Assembly (NCBI GenBank): GCA_951406725.2
Contig: OX597818.1
Coordinates: forward strand, 39,370,001 to 39,434,000
Direction of reading: 5' to 3'
DNA from: Octopus vulgaris
Lineage: Eukaryota
Length of the DNA: 64,000 nt
Part shown: positions 37,521 to 51,472 of the stretch, piece by piece
How positions within the stretch are numbered: position 1 is the first letter of the stretch
Layout of the letters: each line of letters opens with the position of its first letter
The notes under the pieces: model-generated
Told to the model about the DNA's origin: nothing
Databases searched by the model: none
What the model saw: the letters and a program-made list of their open reading frames with translations, nothing else
Program-made: the position numbers and the translations under genes

Positions 37521-39276
37521 TCAGGTTCCATATGCTGTTTAAGCTTGGTTTCTACAAGATGCCCTTCCTAATGCCAACCACTTTACAGAGTATAACATGA
37601 ATTTATTAAACTAAAATAGTAGACTCTGAAAAAGTGAATGACAGTTGGGTGTTGGGAAATATGTACATGAAGTTTCTAAATTGGAAAAGGATGACAAAAG
37701 ACTAACATTTTGAGCAGAGCCATTCATCAAAGAGAGATAAGGATCGTAAGATGTCTCCTCTTCATTTCAGCAGTGGATTTGCAGAATTGCTAGAGCTGGA
37801 AGAAGTGTCTCACAGTATTTCTTTGTGCCCTACATTCAAAGTTCAAATCTCACCTTGGTCGACTTTTTGATTCCTTCAGAGTCAATAAAATGATAAACTA
37901 GTCAATTTCTGGGATTGATGATATCAACTAACACACTCCCATCAAAATTCAGATCTCATGCTCAATTAGAAGCAATTAATGATTAGACCAAATCAAACCA
38001 GCAACCGAAAATATTCCAACTGGAACACTACCATCATCCTCATTTAATGTCTGTAGTCCATGTTGGCAGTTTGACTAGGCTGGCACGCTGTGCCAGGCTC
38101 CAGTCTCATTTAACATGGCTTTCTACAGCTGGATGCCCTTCCTAATGCCAAGCACTCCAGGTGTAACGGGTGCTTTTACAAGCCATTTGTGTGACACCAG
38201 TATCTGCCACAACTGTGATTTTGCTCGGCTTCATGCGTTTTCTTCTCAAGCACAACATAATGCCACAGGCCTTGGTCATTGCCTCTGTGAAGCCCAACAC
38301 TTAAAGGAACTTGGCCACTTTACCTCCATGGGGCCCAATGCTCAAAAGGAACTCAGCCAGCTTGCCTCCGTGAGGCCCAACACTCGAAAGGAACTCAACC
38401 ACTTTGCCTCCATCAGGCTCAATGCTTGAAAGGAACTCAGCCACTTCACCTCCATGAGGCCCAACATTCAAAGGTTGGTTTATTTACTACATTTTTGTAT
38501 ATCTAAGGTTATATTGTCTAATAACATGTACCCTTTTTAAAACAGTAGTTTGATTGCACAAACATATTGAGGACTCCTCATTGGCTGGTGTAGCTTTGTT
38601 TTCTTCATGTGTGTGCAACATTTGTATTTCTGATTTCTTTTGTAAATTGATTTCTAAATTTCTCATCACAAATGTTGTCATTTAGGCCCAAGTCCACTCT
38701 AATCAAGCAGACCCATGATCAAAGATATTCTAACTATGATCATCCCATTTTTTTATCTAACAAAGACTACATTATCTATTTCTTTTACTGCTATTTTTCT
38801 TTTTCTTTTTTTGAGACAGTAAACTAATTTTGAGATCAATTTGGCTGCTATTTCTAGGAGGATGAGTTCCTTCTTTGGCTATTCACAGAGAATATCTAGG
38901 AGCAGTGGGCATTAATCTATGCCTGTTCTACCATAATTCAATAACAATCTAAAACATTCTGAAGTTGAAATAATGCCAAATCAGAAGTCAGAAATTAAAA
39001 ATTATCAATCCATTGATGAAAGGTGTAACAATGCTAAAAAGGCCAAAACACCTACAGGTGCTGCTTCTTTGCTTGATGAGACATCAGGAGAGAGTATAGA
39101 GGCATCCTCAGCATACAGGTGCTTACCTTAAATATAGAACATTAGTTATCAACTTTTATTCATTTTATGAAATTTTTACAAGCAGATAATTTAATATAGC
39201 ATAAAAAGAAAACACTAATTCTGTAAAGTGCTAAATTAGCAATAAAAAAAAAAAACTATTGCAATAGTCTTAAATA

Positions 39277-40553
39277 TTGGGTTGGCAAGTAAGTAATTTT
39301 TTTTTTTTTTTGCAAATAGATAGAGTTATGATCTTTTTAAATGACTTTTGTCAACGTTATGATTTTTTTCCTTTTAATATTTGATAGCAGTTACTTTTAG
39401 CTTACTTTCGAAGCAAATTGCATAATTTTGTTTACAGCTGTTAGTTCAGTGTCCATTTTAACATGGCGTGCAAAAACGAACATTTTTGCCATATTTTGCA
39501 TTTTTATTTCCATAAAGGCAAGAAAGCTGCTGAGGCTTACAAAGAGATATGTTAAGTTTATGGTGTTGATTGCTTAACAAAATGCATATGTCAGAAATGG
39601 TTTAAAAAATTCTGTTCTGGAGATTTTTCACTCAAAGATGACCAACGTTCTGGTCGATCTACGGAAGTTGATGATGACCAAATCAAAGCCATATTGAATC
39701 TGATTGTCATATAACTGTGCGAGAGATTGCAGAGAGGTTAATGTATTACAAACAATAGAAAATCATTTAAAATGTCTTGGACTTAAGAAGGTTGATATTT
39801 GGCTTCCACATAAATTGAAAGAGATTCACTTAACACAACAAATCAATATTTGCGATATGCATCTCAAACGCAATGAAATCAACCTTTTTTAGAAACAAAT
39901 CATCACTGGTGATGAGAAATGGATTGTCTATAACATCAATCAAAAATGACCATGGTCCAAGCGTATTGAACCATCACAAACCACATCGAAAGCTGAATAA
40001 TATCAAAAAATGGTCATGCTGTCAATTTGGTGGGATTACAAAGGTGCTGTGTATTTTAAGCTGCTTCCAAGGAAACAAACAATCAATTCAGATGTCTACT
40101 GTCAACAACTAATGAAACTGGAGGAAGCAAAGAAAAATGGTCAGAATTGGCAAATCATAAAGGAATTGTGTTCCATCATGACAACGTTACAACACACACA
40201 TTTTTGCTAGCTTGTGAAAAATTATTGGAGCTTGGTTGGGAAGTGATGTCACATCCACCGTATAGCCCTAACCTTGCACCATCAGATTACCATTTATTTC
40301 AAAGTTTACAAAACTCTTTGAATGGTAAAACGTTCAATAATGATGATGACCTGAAATCACACTTGCTTCAGTTTTTGGCTGAGAAGGACCCATAAGTTCT
40401 ATGAGCACAGAATCATGAAATTGCCAGAAAGATGGCAAAAGGTCATCAGATAAAATGGAAAATATATAATTGATTAAAGTTCATTCTTTGTATGAAAAAA
40501 AAAAGTGACTTATTTCACACTGAAAAACCAAAATTACTTTCTTGCCAACCCAA
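39277..40553 (+). mobile_element. Full-length decayed mariner (DD34D, mellifera-like)
   Basis: TA|TTGGGTTGGCAAGTAAGTAATT ... AATTACTTTCTTGCCAACCCAA|TA; transposase from ATG 39463 with IITGDEKW, FHHDN, HPPYSPNLAPSDYHLF; stops and frameshifts. Confidence 0.93.
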
Positions 40554-40674
40554 TATATTCTAGCTGAATCTTGTATGATTGGAGTTGTACATGTTTATAG
40601 AACATTTCTCATTCATGTATCTATAATGTTAGAAAACAATTTAACAACAAAGGCATATACCAAATATGAAACAA

Positions 40675-40680
40675 TTTATT
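40675..40680 (-). promoter_or_regulatory. Candidate distal polyadenylation signal of OGDH
   Basis: AATAAA on -, with a U/GU-rich tract downstream (TTGTTGTTAAATTGTTTT), at the edge of the TE-free 4 kb block. Confidence 0.45.
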
Positions 40681-43600
40681 GTTCAGGATTTGCAAGAATG
40701 ATTGCTTTTATGGGTTCCATTCAAAAGAAAACAAACTTAATATAACCTAATATATAGACATTCTAAAAATTATTCAAACCTAAATATATTTATCTTTCTT
40801 AAAAAAAACCAAAAAACACTGTACTTAAAAGTTCACGAATAAAAAATAATTTTACTAAGCAAATCCTTAATAATAATTTAAAAGTGCACATCCTAATTTT
40901 ATTTTTGTGATACTGAATAATTTTTTTTTCAATGTAATTCAACATTATTCCTTGTGATTGTCAATATCTATTTGATAGTCATCATTTGTAAAACAGAAAG
41001 AAATGTCTTTAACCGTTATGTTAACTAATTTTACTAGAAAATACATTTTTATATCATTTGCAGTGTTAAAAGCAAAACATCAATGCTATAGATAAGTCAT
41101 ACTTTTTTCATTTAGCTTTGATATTCAAACTACTAGGTGAAACAGAATAAGAGAGCAAATTTATATAATACTACACAAAAACAAGATCATAATAATAAGT
41201 AACTAAACACAAAATATTCCAAATATTATTGCTGTTTTACTGTCATAACAAACTACATTCCAAGTAAATAATATTCCACCAAAAGGGCAAAACAAAACTA
41301 TTTTGCTACCCCAATGCCATACCAAACCACATATTTAGAGTAAGTTTTGGCCCATCATCAAATTTTATTCTTTATTTCACCTACTTCTATATATTATCAA
41401 AAGAAATGAAGCTAGACGAGATCAGTAAAAATGTTACTAAAGAAATAAGTACCATAATTAAAGAACTTAAGTTATTGAAATTTTAAATTTTCTTTGGCCA
41501 TAGAGTACCTGTATTAATTTTAAGTAACTATAGAAGATTCTGGGTATGAAAGTAGATAACTGAGTTTTGAAGTGTCTGCTGTAAATGACTCAAAAATGTT
41601 GGTTCAAATTTTACTGTTTTAATTTTTTACCATTTTGTACGTCTAAGAATAATCAACTATAATATCAAATCAATTAACTAGTCACATCCCAATTTACCAT
41701 GAACATACTGTGCTGAAGCCAATATAAAAAGCATGAGGTAAAATTTTGATAAAGTTGTTTCCCAAATTTCAGGTGAATCCAATACTCAATGATTTCTCTC
41801 CCTTGAAACTATTATTTTGGCTTTATAATTATTTTAATAAACTAAATTTCAAATATCTTTAATTTTACATTAAAATAACATGAATTTTATTTTTTAAGAT
41901 ACTCCACATTACACATTTAGAAAATTCCCATCCAACAATTTAAAGCAGTTTTATTTCTACTTTTAAACACAACTGCAACAATATTTCATAAACTTTTCTG
42001 GTACAGTTGACCCCACCACTAAAATACTTTTGATTAAAACTAAAAACTGTGTACTTAAAATTACTTCATATAGTTCTAATAATATTTAATGCTGTCACTC
42101 TGGTATGTTTCTAAAAGACTTTCCCCCCCCAATGAGCATACTATTTATTTCACCAGCTTCTTTGACAACCCCTAGACCCATACTAGAAAAATATCAACAA
42201 CATTTTTATGGTATTCTTAAATTTTTACCCTTTTATACAATTATTTTCATTCCCAGTAACTTCTTGAAAAAAAAAAAAAGATCAAGACAGACACTAGAAT
42301 ATTCGTGCAGGCCAAATTGAAAACAGAAGTCACTGTCGTAAAATACATGTAACAATAGTAAAATGAAAATATTCATACACTTGAGGAAAGCAAATGACAA
42401 CATAATTTTTTTTGTTGTAAAAGAACAGGATTTATTGAAAGGTTTAAGCACAGATATGCAGGTGCTATTAAAAAATAAGGCAGTTTTTCTCATATACATA
42501 TATATATATACATATATATATATATATGGTATGCTACAAAGACTTTTCAAAATGTCAAAAACTTAAAAGTATCTTACATAAGTCCGCAATGTAGAAAGAA
42601 AACAATAATAAGCAACAAAGTAAAATAGATATCTGTATCAATACAATTTCGCTCCAACACAAAATAAAAGTTTATTTTATATTAGTTGTTATTAGTTTTA
42701 TTTTGATAGTTCAACAGTTTTAATTTTATCCTATCCCTACAAGCCAGACATTTATGATGCAATCTGTTTAAGACTTACATTGAAGTTGCCGACATATTAC
42801 GAACAATTTAAGTTTTATTTAATATCCTATCCCTGCAGGCTAATCATTTCTGAAGAAATCAGTTTTGCTTAGTTGTTCAAAACAATTATCAAAATAAATA
42901 AAATCAAGTCATAACAAAACTGAAGAAAAGTTCATATGAAACTCTTAGTTACATTAACATCCCATGACATTTATAAATGCATAATCATATGACAATAACA
43001 AAACAGAAATGAGTCTACCACAAACAGCAAATATTGGACAAAATAGTCACCAGTGGCTCTCTTCCAACACACATCTCTCATCCATTCTGAAGTTTATGCC
43101 CATTCTATATAAGTAAACTTCTTGATTACCATAAAAAGCATTACCATTTTAAAGGTTATCTATTTCCTTTGGTTTCAGCTACTCTTTTGTTCTGTGGTGA
43201 TCATAATAGTAGCAATATTGATACACAATTCTTTTGCTTGTATTTATGTAACAGTGACAAAAACGACCGTGTTTCTTCAGCAGATTATTAGAAGAAACAG
43301 AGTCATCATGCCATCAAATTTTTTGAACAGTTCACCCAGTTAAATTTTTGAGTAAATGATAACAAATGAGTGGATAAATTTGTGCTCAAATGTCTCATTT
43401 CTAATTAACAGCCCAATACAATGCCCAGAGCAGATATGACAAAAGCATTGCTTGGAACAGCTTCAATACAAGCAAAAGAATATTGTTTATAAACAATCTG
43501 CCTTTTTCTGTTCAGAAAGCAATTTTGTCCTTTGGTGGTAGCAGAGGATAACTTAATATACAGAAGATAAATGATTAGAACAATGATTTTTCTAACACTC

Positions 43601-44807
43601 ACTACAGTTACTACTGAGGAAAATTAAAGCTATATTATTATAAACTTAAGTTTATTTTGAATTAATCAACATCATAACAATAACCTACTTTAAAAACTAA
43701 CAATTTCTCAATTCAAAAATACAGATGTTCTTCACGTGCAAGTGTGTAAGAATGTCATGATGGATTTGTAACTGAGTTCATTCATAATCGCCATAATGAA
43801 TTAAAATCAGCAATTAACTGTAAGGCACAAGAATGATCTTTGCTAATAAATCCGACAGAGTCACAAACTATTAGAAACGTGTCAATACAAGATCAATTCT
43901 TGGAAATTAAATCATAAATTATAATAGAAATACAGCTATCAAATTCAAAGCAACAAAAATTCTGATAAAAGATTACAATGTTTAAGTGAAGGAAGGAACA
44001 CAAAAATAATCAACAAAAACTGTAATCATAACATGAGGAATTTGCATAAACAGTAATGATACAGAAATCAATCTTGAAAAAGAAATATTCTAATTTTTAC
44101 TTATTTACTTATAATTTATAGGTTAATAAAATTAATTTTATTTTTACTAATTAATATCTGGTTAAACTTCAATAAAGGAGTTTATATATTTTATTACTAC
44201 ATATATAATTTAACAAAAAAAAAATTAAAAACCCAGTTTCTATTCTTGAAGTTTGTAAGAACTATTTAAAACTAAGGAGTTACTTTTACATATTTTTTGC
44301 ACAATTCAAACTGAATAAAATAAATAACATAGGAGAAAAACATTTTAAAGCCAATTCATAGAATGACTATGAGGACACCAGAAATAAAGTTATCTATAGA
44401 TTTGGATATCTGTGAACTAAAAACATAAATATTTGGGTATCTCTAAATAAGTATTATTAAAACATTAGGGACAAAACTAAATAAAGTACAGGTCGTAATA
44501 GATAAGATTTATTTAAATATTTTTTATTTGTATGAATGAAACTATAAAGAAATATTTCAGTTCTTTGTAAAGGAGCCAATATGTTAGGTTTTTCATTAAG
44601 GTGGAGAGTCAGAAGAGTACCATTATAGTTATTGTTACTATCTAACTGGTATCTTATATTATTAAATTTTAATATTACTTTTGACAATAGTAAAGAGTGC
44701 AATTCCACTTTCACTCACTCTTTCTCACACACACATGCACAAATACACAGCATACACACACACATACACACCAGCAGACAGAGTAACTATTTTGGCAAGA
44801 GAATTTA

Positions 44808-44907
44808 TTATATTGACATGGCTTCCTTTAAGAACTGACCCAGTTCCATTGTATGCATATGTTTATTGCCAGTTGCAGCAGCTGCAGAAGGATAGCGTCC
44901 TACATAT
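44808..44907 (-). CDS. OGDH: 2-oxoglutarate dehydrogenase E1, terminal exon
   Basis: acag|A; (Q)YVGRYPSAAAATGNKHMHTMELGQFLKEAMSI*. Confidence 0.93.
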
Positions 44908-46536
44908 CTGTAATAAAAAAAAAAAATTTTTATCAAGAAGTGTATTCCATGACAGTTAAAACAGTAAAAATTTAGTTTGAAAGAAATAAAATAGAACAGC
45001 AATGAAAACCATAAAGTACAATGACTGTTAGAAATAACTTACAGAGGCAATGACCAAGACCTTTGGCATTTTGTTCTGCTTGAGAAGAAGACCCATCAAG
45101 CCAAGTAAAACTGCAGTTGTGACAGATACCGGTGTCACACAAATGGCACATAAAAGTACCTTTTGAGGGTTGGGCCTCACGGAAGCAAGGACCGAGACCA
45201 TTTGACACTATTCCAGGCTTCAAGTGTTGGGCCTCACAGAGGCAATGACTGAGTCTATTTGACATTATGCCATGCTTAAGAAGAAGACCCATCACACCAA
45301 GTAAAATTTGATGACAGAGATGAGGAGAAAGTGGCTGTGAAGACATGAGTAGATAAAGCATACAACTGATTTTGCCAAAGATGGTTTAAGAGTCGGTTCA
45401 ACAATGATGCAAATGCATCACTTTTGATGGAGATAATGTTGACAAGTAACTTTGTACAGAAGAATAGTTACTCTACCAACATGTGCAGTTTGAAAAACCT
45501 ATATCAGTTAATAAAAAGTTATGGCCATCTTTGCATTATTTCCAGTGCAGCTCATAGTTTCAGCAATATTATTTAAATAACATTGTAGCTTATTACTGTT
45601 AACTATTCTAAGAAATATTGCAGACACAGAATTATAAAGAACATTTAATAGTTATTTGTCAGTTATTATTAATAGTTATTCAAGACACTAAAATCTCTAA
45701 AAAAAATTTTCTAACAAAAGCACATGGGCACTGACAAGCCATCTGGTCAAAAGGTATGCTTAACAATCAAATAGTTCCAGGTTCAATCCTATAACATGTA
45801 ATGTTGGGCCTGTGTCTCCTGCCACTGCCTTGTGAGGAAAAGTGGAAAAACAGAAACTGATACCTGAGGAGAACCCATCATTTGAAATGTACTTGCTATT
45901 GCCCAGTCTCAATACAATTGAGCTCCTTAGTGCCTTTAGCAGAATTTAATCTCGTGCAAACATTTCAAGGTCTTCAGTTCTTTCCTATCTCTTCTCACTA
46001 GTATCAGAGACCCTACAGTTAAAATGTCATGGACATTGACCTTCCTCCTCTAAGTAATAAAAAAGTAGGCCGTCTTTCCTAAGTGTATTCAGTTGAACTG
46101 ACTATCCTTCAGCTGGTTTCAATAAATGAACTATGGCCATACTGGAACTCTACCTTGAAGAGTGATCTTTTTTTTCATTTTATTCGCCCCAGTTACTTAT
46201 TTTATCAGTTTCGTGAGAAATGAAAGACATAAAGGGAGATATTCCTGCTCAACACAATACTCATTTTCATCCTGCAACATTAGGCTTCCACAGAGTTTCA
46301 ATCTACCAAACCTCACACAAGATACAGGTCTAAAGTTGTAGCAGGAAAAACTTTCCCAAAGAACTATGCAGTAAATTTGAAACTGGAAACCTGTAGTTGT
46401 GAAACAAACCTTAATTACTGATTGCTTTGCTTCACTCCCTATAAGACAAAGATCTAAATATCTTTTGACAGATTATAAATTAATGTCTAGCAAAATCAAC
46501 AAAAACAGTGTTAAAGTAAGCAAAATCTATACTTAC

Positions 46537-46700
46537 TGTACTTCTTTCCTGCTATTCATTTTCTTAAGAACAGTTCTGAATCGAGGTTCAGCATAGCCCC
46601 ATGCTCCCATGTTCTTGTGTTCTTCTTGACACCAAGCAACTTCAGCTCGAGGATACTGTGTTATTTCTTCTTTTACCAAATCAAATGGGAAAGGAGAAAT
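46537..46700 (-). CDS. OGDH: OGDH exon
   Basis: [41 protein letters not shown]...; AG/GT boundaries. Confidence 0.95.
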
Positions 46701-47194
46701 CTGAAAAACAAAAATTAACCATAGTTGAGAACGTTTTCGAGAATCTGTTTTCAAACCATTCTTAAGCTTAGCCATCACTCGCAAATGAGTGTGGCCTAAT
46801 AGTATGTACAACGCTATTACTATTTGTTTTAGGTGCACATGTAGTAGATGCAAGCAGACATAGACATCCTCTTGGCGAGGGCCGCACCAGCATTTGGCTG
46901 GTATTTATTTTCAACTGAGTCGACTGGATGGAGTAACATGAAATGAAGTGCCTTGCTCAAGAACACAACAGGCTGCTTGGTTCATGAATTGAACTCACAA
47001 CCATAAGATCATGAGCCAAACACCCTAACCAGTAGGTCATGCACCTTCACTTTAAACCTATTATATACCTAAATTAAATATTAACTTTGTGCATTGAGAC
47101 ATTTTCATATGTTTTGAAAGATTGTGTGAAAAAGTCAGAACTTGAGAAAAATTAATTTTATTAAATATCATAAAGGAAAAAAGAATAAACAAAC

Positions 47195-47431
47195 CTGTTC
47201 AACTCTAGCAATAGCGATCTTATCCACCATTTTCAACTTCTCCCGTTCTTTTACCAGTTCATAGTAGACTTTGCCAGTACAAAAAATTAATTTCTTTACA
47301 TTAGAGGCATTGTCCATGGCAGGACCTGCTTCTTTAATGACACGCTGGAATGCTGTATTGTCAGTCATCAAGTCAAAGCTGGATCGGGCTTCTGGCAGAC
47401 GTAATAAACTCTTTGGCGTCATGATGATAAG
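47195..47431 (-). CDS. OGDH: OGDH exon
   Basis: LIIMTPKSLLRLPEARSSFD...KKLIFCTGKVYYEL...IARVEQ. Confidence 0.95.
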
Positions 47432-47624
47432 CTACAAGGAAAGAAAAATAAAGAAAGGTAACAACTGAGTTCTTCAGAAATTACAAGCTACAATTCTTGA
47501 TAAACTGGAAATTAACATAAATGTCCAATAAACCAAATATACTACAGACTCATACATCCCTTCTTCAGAATTCCATGACACCTTCTACTGAGAATTAGTT
47601 GCCTTTTGAAATTAATAAGAGAGT

Positions 47625-48150
47625 AGTGCTCACAATATTGGAGTACGGGATTCAAGCCTCTTCTCCTTATCTCCTCAAAGACATACAGCATCTCGAAAGA
47701 GTCCAGCAGCTGGCTACCCGCATGGTTCTTGGTCTCAAGAATTTGTCTTATGAAGAAAGGCTGAAGACACTCGACCTTTATTCTCTAGAAAAACGACGCC
47801 GTGGAGATCTCATTCTTGCTCACAACATAAGCGGAAAGTGTAACCTCTCGAAAGAGCTGTTCTTCACTCCTGCTCCAGAGCGTCGGCTGCGGGGTCATTC
47901 CGAAAAGCTCTATCTGCGATGATTTCATCTCAATCGAAGGAGAGGGGCATTCTCCGTCCGGGTTGCGGATCCGTGGAATAAGCTGCCAGACGAGATGGTG
48001 AAGATGCCGACGACTGCTTGGTTCAAAGTCTCCCTTGACCTCAAGTGGCCTGAACTATTTACATGAACACCACCCTGTACATAACTCCATGTCCCCCTAC
48101 ATGGCCTTGCTTTTTGCTTTTTGAGCCAAAAAATTAACTAACTAACTAAC
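47625..48150 (+). mobile_element. CR1 LINE 3' end with (AACT)n tail
   Basis: LEYGIQASSPYLLKDIQHLERVQQLATRMV...LSYEERL...RGDLI...FSVRVADPWNKLP. Confidence 0.88.
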
Positions 48151-48857
48151 ATATTTGCAGGCCCTCTCACATTGGTGGGATCAATATGCTATCAAAATTG
48201 AAGTACAATCACCATTTTACATCCAATTGCACTCTTCCTCACCCTGCATGATTTCAAATAAGGTATGTCCTTTTCTTACATCTTTATACAGTATTTTTGT
48301 TACCAGAAAATGAAATCTGACTTTGGTGAGATTTGAACTCAGAATGTAGACATCATGAATAAATACTGCACAACAGTTATCCCAACGCTTTAACAATTCT
48401 TAGTCCATATTCCTGACAAGACATTTTATTATGCTATCAGAAACATAAGATAGTTAGACAATGAAAATCATTGTAAATTCACATTTCCTCACAAGAGTAA
48501 CTCCTTTAGTTCATGCAGAATATAATTTTAGATTGCTTGTTACCTAACTGTACTTTCTAGGTGGAATTAATTGCTAGCCAGTCAGAATAACTTAGCCTTG
48601 TGAATATATTAATGTTTTGCAAAATGAAAGAACAAAAATCTAATTCTGAGAATAAGTCAAGGTACACGAAATTATTGTTGCTGCTGTAGCAGCAATTATC
48701 CACATACATACTAATTTTATTACAAGAAAATTCTACTCAAATTCTAAGTAATTCCCAAACTACTACAGACGAAAACTGAAATTGTTGCAATAATATTGCA
48801 CCAAAGTATGAAAACAGAGTTTTGATAAGAAAAAGAAAAAAATAATTAAAATCTTAC

Positions 48858-48983
48858 AGGCTTGCGAAAAGGAAGGGCAACTTGTCTCCTTAGCACATGG
48901 AATAAGTTGGCAGGTGTAGAGCAGTAACAAACAAACCAGTTGATCTCGTGTAGTTGTTGCATTTCAAAACTTGAACTTTCAGG
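48858..48983 (-). CDS. OGDH: OGDH exon
   Basis: [42 protein letters not shown]. Confidence 0.95.
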
Positions 48984-49629
48984 CTACAAATATTTAAAAA
49001 AAATTATCTTCATTACAACTGATGACTAATATGTTCTAATACAAACAAAATAGTGTTTGAAGTCACTACATCTTCTAAAAAATGTTTAATGTTAAAACAG
49101 TTTCATGAAGCAGAAGGGTCTTAATTCTGGCTTCTCTAACATTGAATCAATCTCCTAATATAGAGATATTAAGCTATCACAAGTAAATTTCAGAGAGAAA
49201 GTTGCTATCTATTTTTCAGTGAAAGGGAGGTCTCAAAAAACAAAACATAGAGTGGAAATTATTTGATAGCCTACCAGTACTTTACAGATTTAGTCATATT
49301 TAGTGAACATTATTATTATTTTCTTTTTTTTTTTTGTATAAATTTAGTATATAAAGAATTAATGAATATAAGAATATTTATTTTTCAGTCTTAAATTTTA
49401 TATCACTCAAAGATTAAAACTCTTCTGAGTTAGTTCCATTGAATTTTTTTTATACCCTTTTACAATATTATGAAATAAACTTGAGTTGTATTTTACACTA
49501 AAAATTGACTGGTCGTACATTTTTATAGAGAAATCTGCAAATGCTTTACAGCAGGGTGCCATTCCTGTTCTTTTGGTGAGCTGGAATTATCTTCAGTTTG
49601 GTTAATTAAAATGTATGAATTGTATCACT

Positions 49630-50047
49630 GAAAAGACCTGTTGAATCAAGTGAAACCAATAACCTAGCTGGGGCTGGTGACCCCTGGCTGACTCCCGTGC
49701 CGATGGCATGTAAAAAGCACTATCTGAACATGGTCGATGCCAGGTTCGCCTCACTGGCTCCTGTGCCGCTGGTACATAAAAAGCACCAACTGATCATGAC
49801 AGATGACAGTACCCCCTGATAGGCTCCTGTGCCGGTAGCACTTGAAAAGCACCATCCGAAAGTGTTCGTTTCCAGGACCGCCATACTGGCTCCAGTATGT
49901 CTCAGAGTGGTTGGCATCAGGAAGGGCATCCAGCAGTAGAAACTCTGCCAGACCAGACTGGAGCCTGGTGCAGCCTCTGGCTCTCCAAACCTCAGTGAAA
50001 CCATTCAACCAATGCCAGCATGGAAAAATGGATGATGATGATGATGA
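49630..50047 (+). mobile_element. RTE-associated (ATG)n-tailed repeat
   Basis: Family homology and (ATG)n tail. Confidence 0.75.
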
Positions 50048-50123
50048 ATAAAATGCAATCCAAGGGAAACAATTCGAAACTACAAATTAGGAGTTAGCGT
50101 TTTCAATGAAGAACTTGACTTAC

Positions 50124-50195
50124 AGGATAAAATTCAGGATCATCATTGGACATTTGGAGAAATCTTTCTAAACGAGCACTTGAATGTTCAGGGCC
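50124..50195 (-). CDS. OGDH: OGDH exon
   Basis: [24 protein letters not shown]. Confidence 0.95.
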
Positions 50196-50844
50196 CTGAA
50201 GAAGAAAAACAATAGTATGAAAATGCATTTCTAAAGAAAGGTACATTGATAAAAAAAAAATTAAATTAAAATGTATCTCTTTAACAAACAATTATCATAA
50301 CTGCTCATATGAAGCAAAAATTAGCTTTTTAGGATCAATACTGTTGATCTAAGACAAAACATTCCTTAAATACAAATTCTTTTCAATTTTCAAATTTTGT
50401 TATAATTCCTTTTCCTTCAGTCTTATAAGCATTTATTGAGACTTTTACAATATCAGATAATTTATAATGCAACCACTGTATTTCAAAGGCCAAGCTTCCT
50501 TTTTATGGCAAGCCAATATATCCTGACTGTCTACAAGGCACAAGTGTGACTTATAGAGAACTACATATGTAGCTGGAATATTCAATCAGATAAGTGGTAT
50601 ATTACAGAATTATGATATACACAAAATTAAATGAAAATGAATTAAAGGCAATGCTCAAAAACATGTTAACAGAAAAGGATATTTTTCGAAATTAATAAGA
50701 AATTCTACTTCATGTAAAATGACAATTTGTCAAAATCATGAATAAAAAAAAAACTATATTGTTTCATCAAGTTAATTAGCTTACTTTTTTTAAAACTTAA
50801 AGGAATATCTCCTTTGATATGATTTAATCAGAACAACATAAAGC

Positions 50845-51400
50845 ATGTCAGTGTGATTGCACGACAGAGTGTAAATGATTTACAAGGAAAACTGGGTATA
50901 AGAGGAATCAAATGTAGCATGAAGGAGAGAAGACTGCACCGGTTTGGTCATGTGATGCATATGGATGATGACAGCTGCATAAAGAAGTGCTGAGCTTGTG
51001 GAGAGAACCTGTGGAAGGGTAGACCCAAGAAGACATAAGATGAAGTGGTGAGAAAGGCTCTTCAGACACTGGGCCTCACTGAGGAAGTGACAAGGGGCTG
51101 GGAGATGTGACAATTTACTATACTAGAGAAGATGCTCTAAGCTAAGTAAAATCGTTTGGCTAGTCCTTTACAGGTGTCAGTGCCATATAAAATGCACTTG
51201 TGCCATTGCTGCATAAAGGCACATGTGCCAGTAGCATGTAAAAAGCACCCAGCACACACTGTTAAGTGGTTGGCATTAGGAAGGGCATCCTGCCAGAGAA
51301 ACCATGCCACAACAGACAACTGGAGTCCAGACAGCTCCCTGGCTGGCCAACTCCATGTCGACATGCAGCATGAAAAAGGGACATTAAATGATGATGATGA
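50845..51400 (+). mobile_element. RTE LINE ORF2 C-terminus joined to its (ATG)n-tailed 3'UTR
   Basis: KLGIRGIKCSMKERRLHRFGHVMHMDDDSC...GRPKKT.DEVV...LGLTEEVT, followed directly by the common repeat. Confidence 0.8.
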
Positions 51401-51472
51401 ATATAATAAACATTATTAAAAAAAAACAGATACTTTTAAGAAGGGAGTAAGGGACAAAAACTAGATACGTAC

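Noticed and set aside
37700-37735. Hammerhead-like remnant TTGATGAATGGCTCTGCTCAAAATGTTAG on the minus strand
   Set aside because: Core, stem II and stem I are all broken; too degenerate to call
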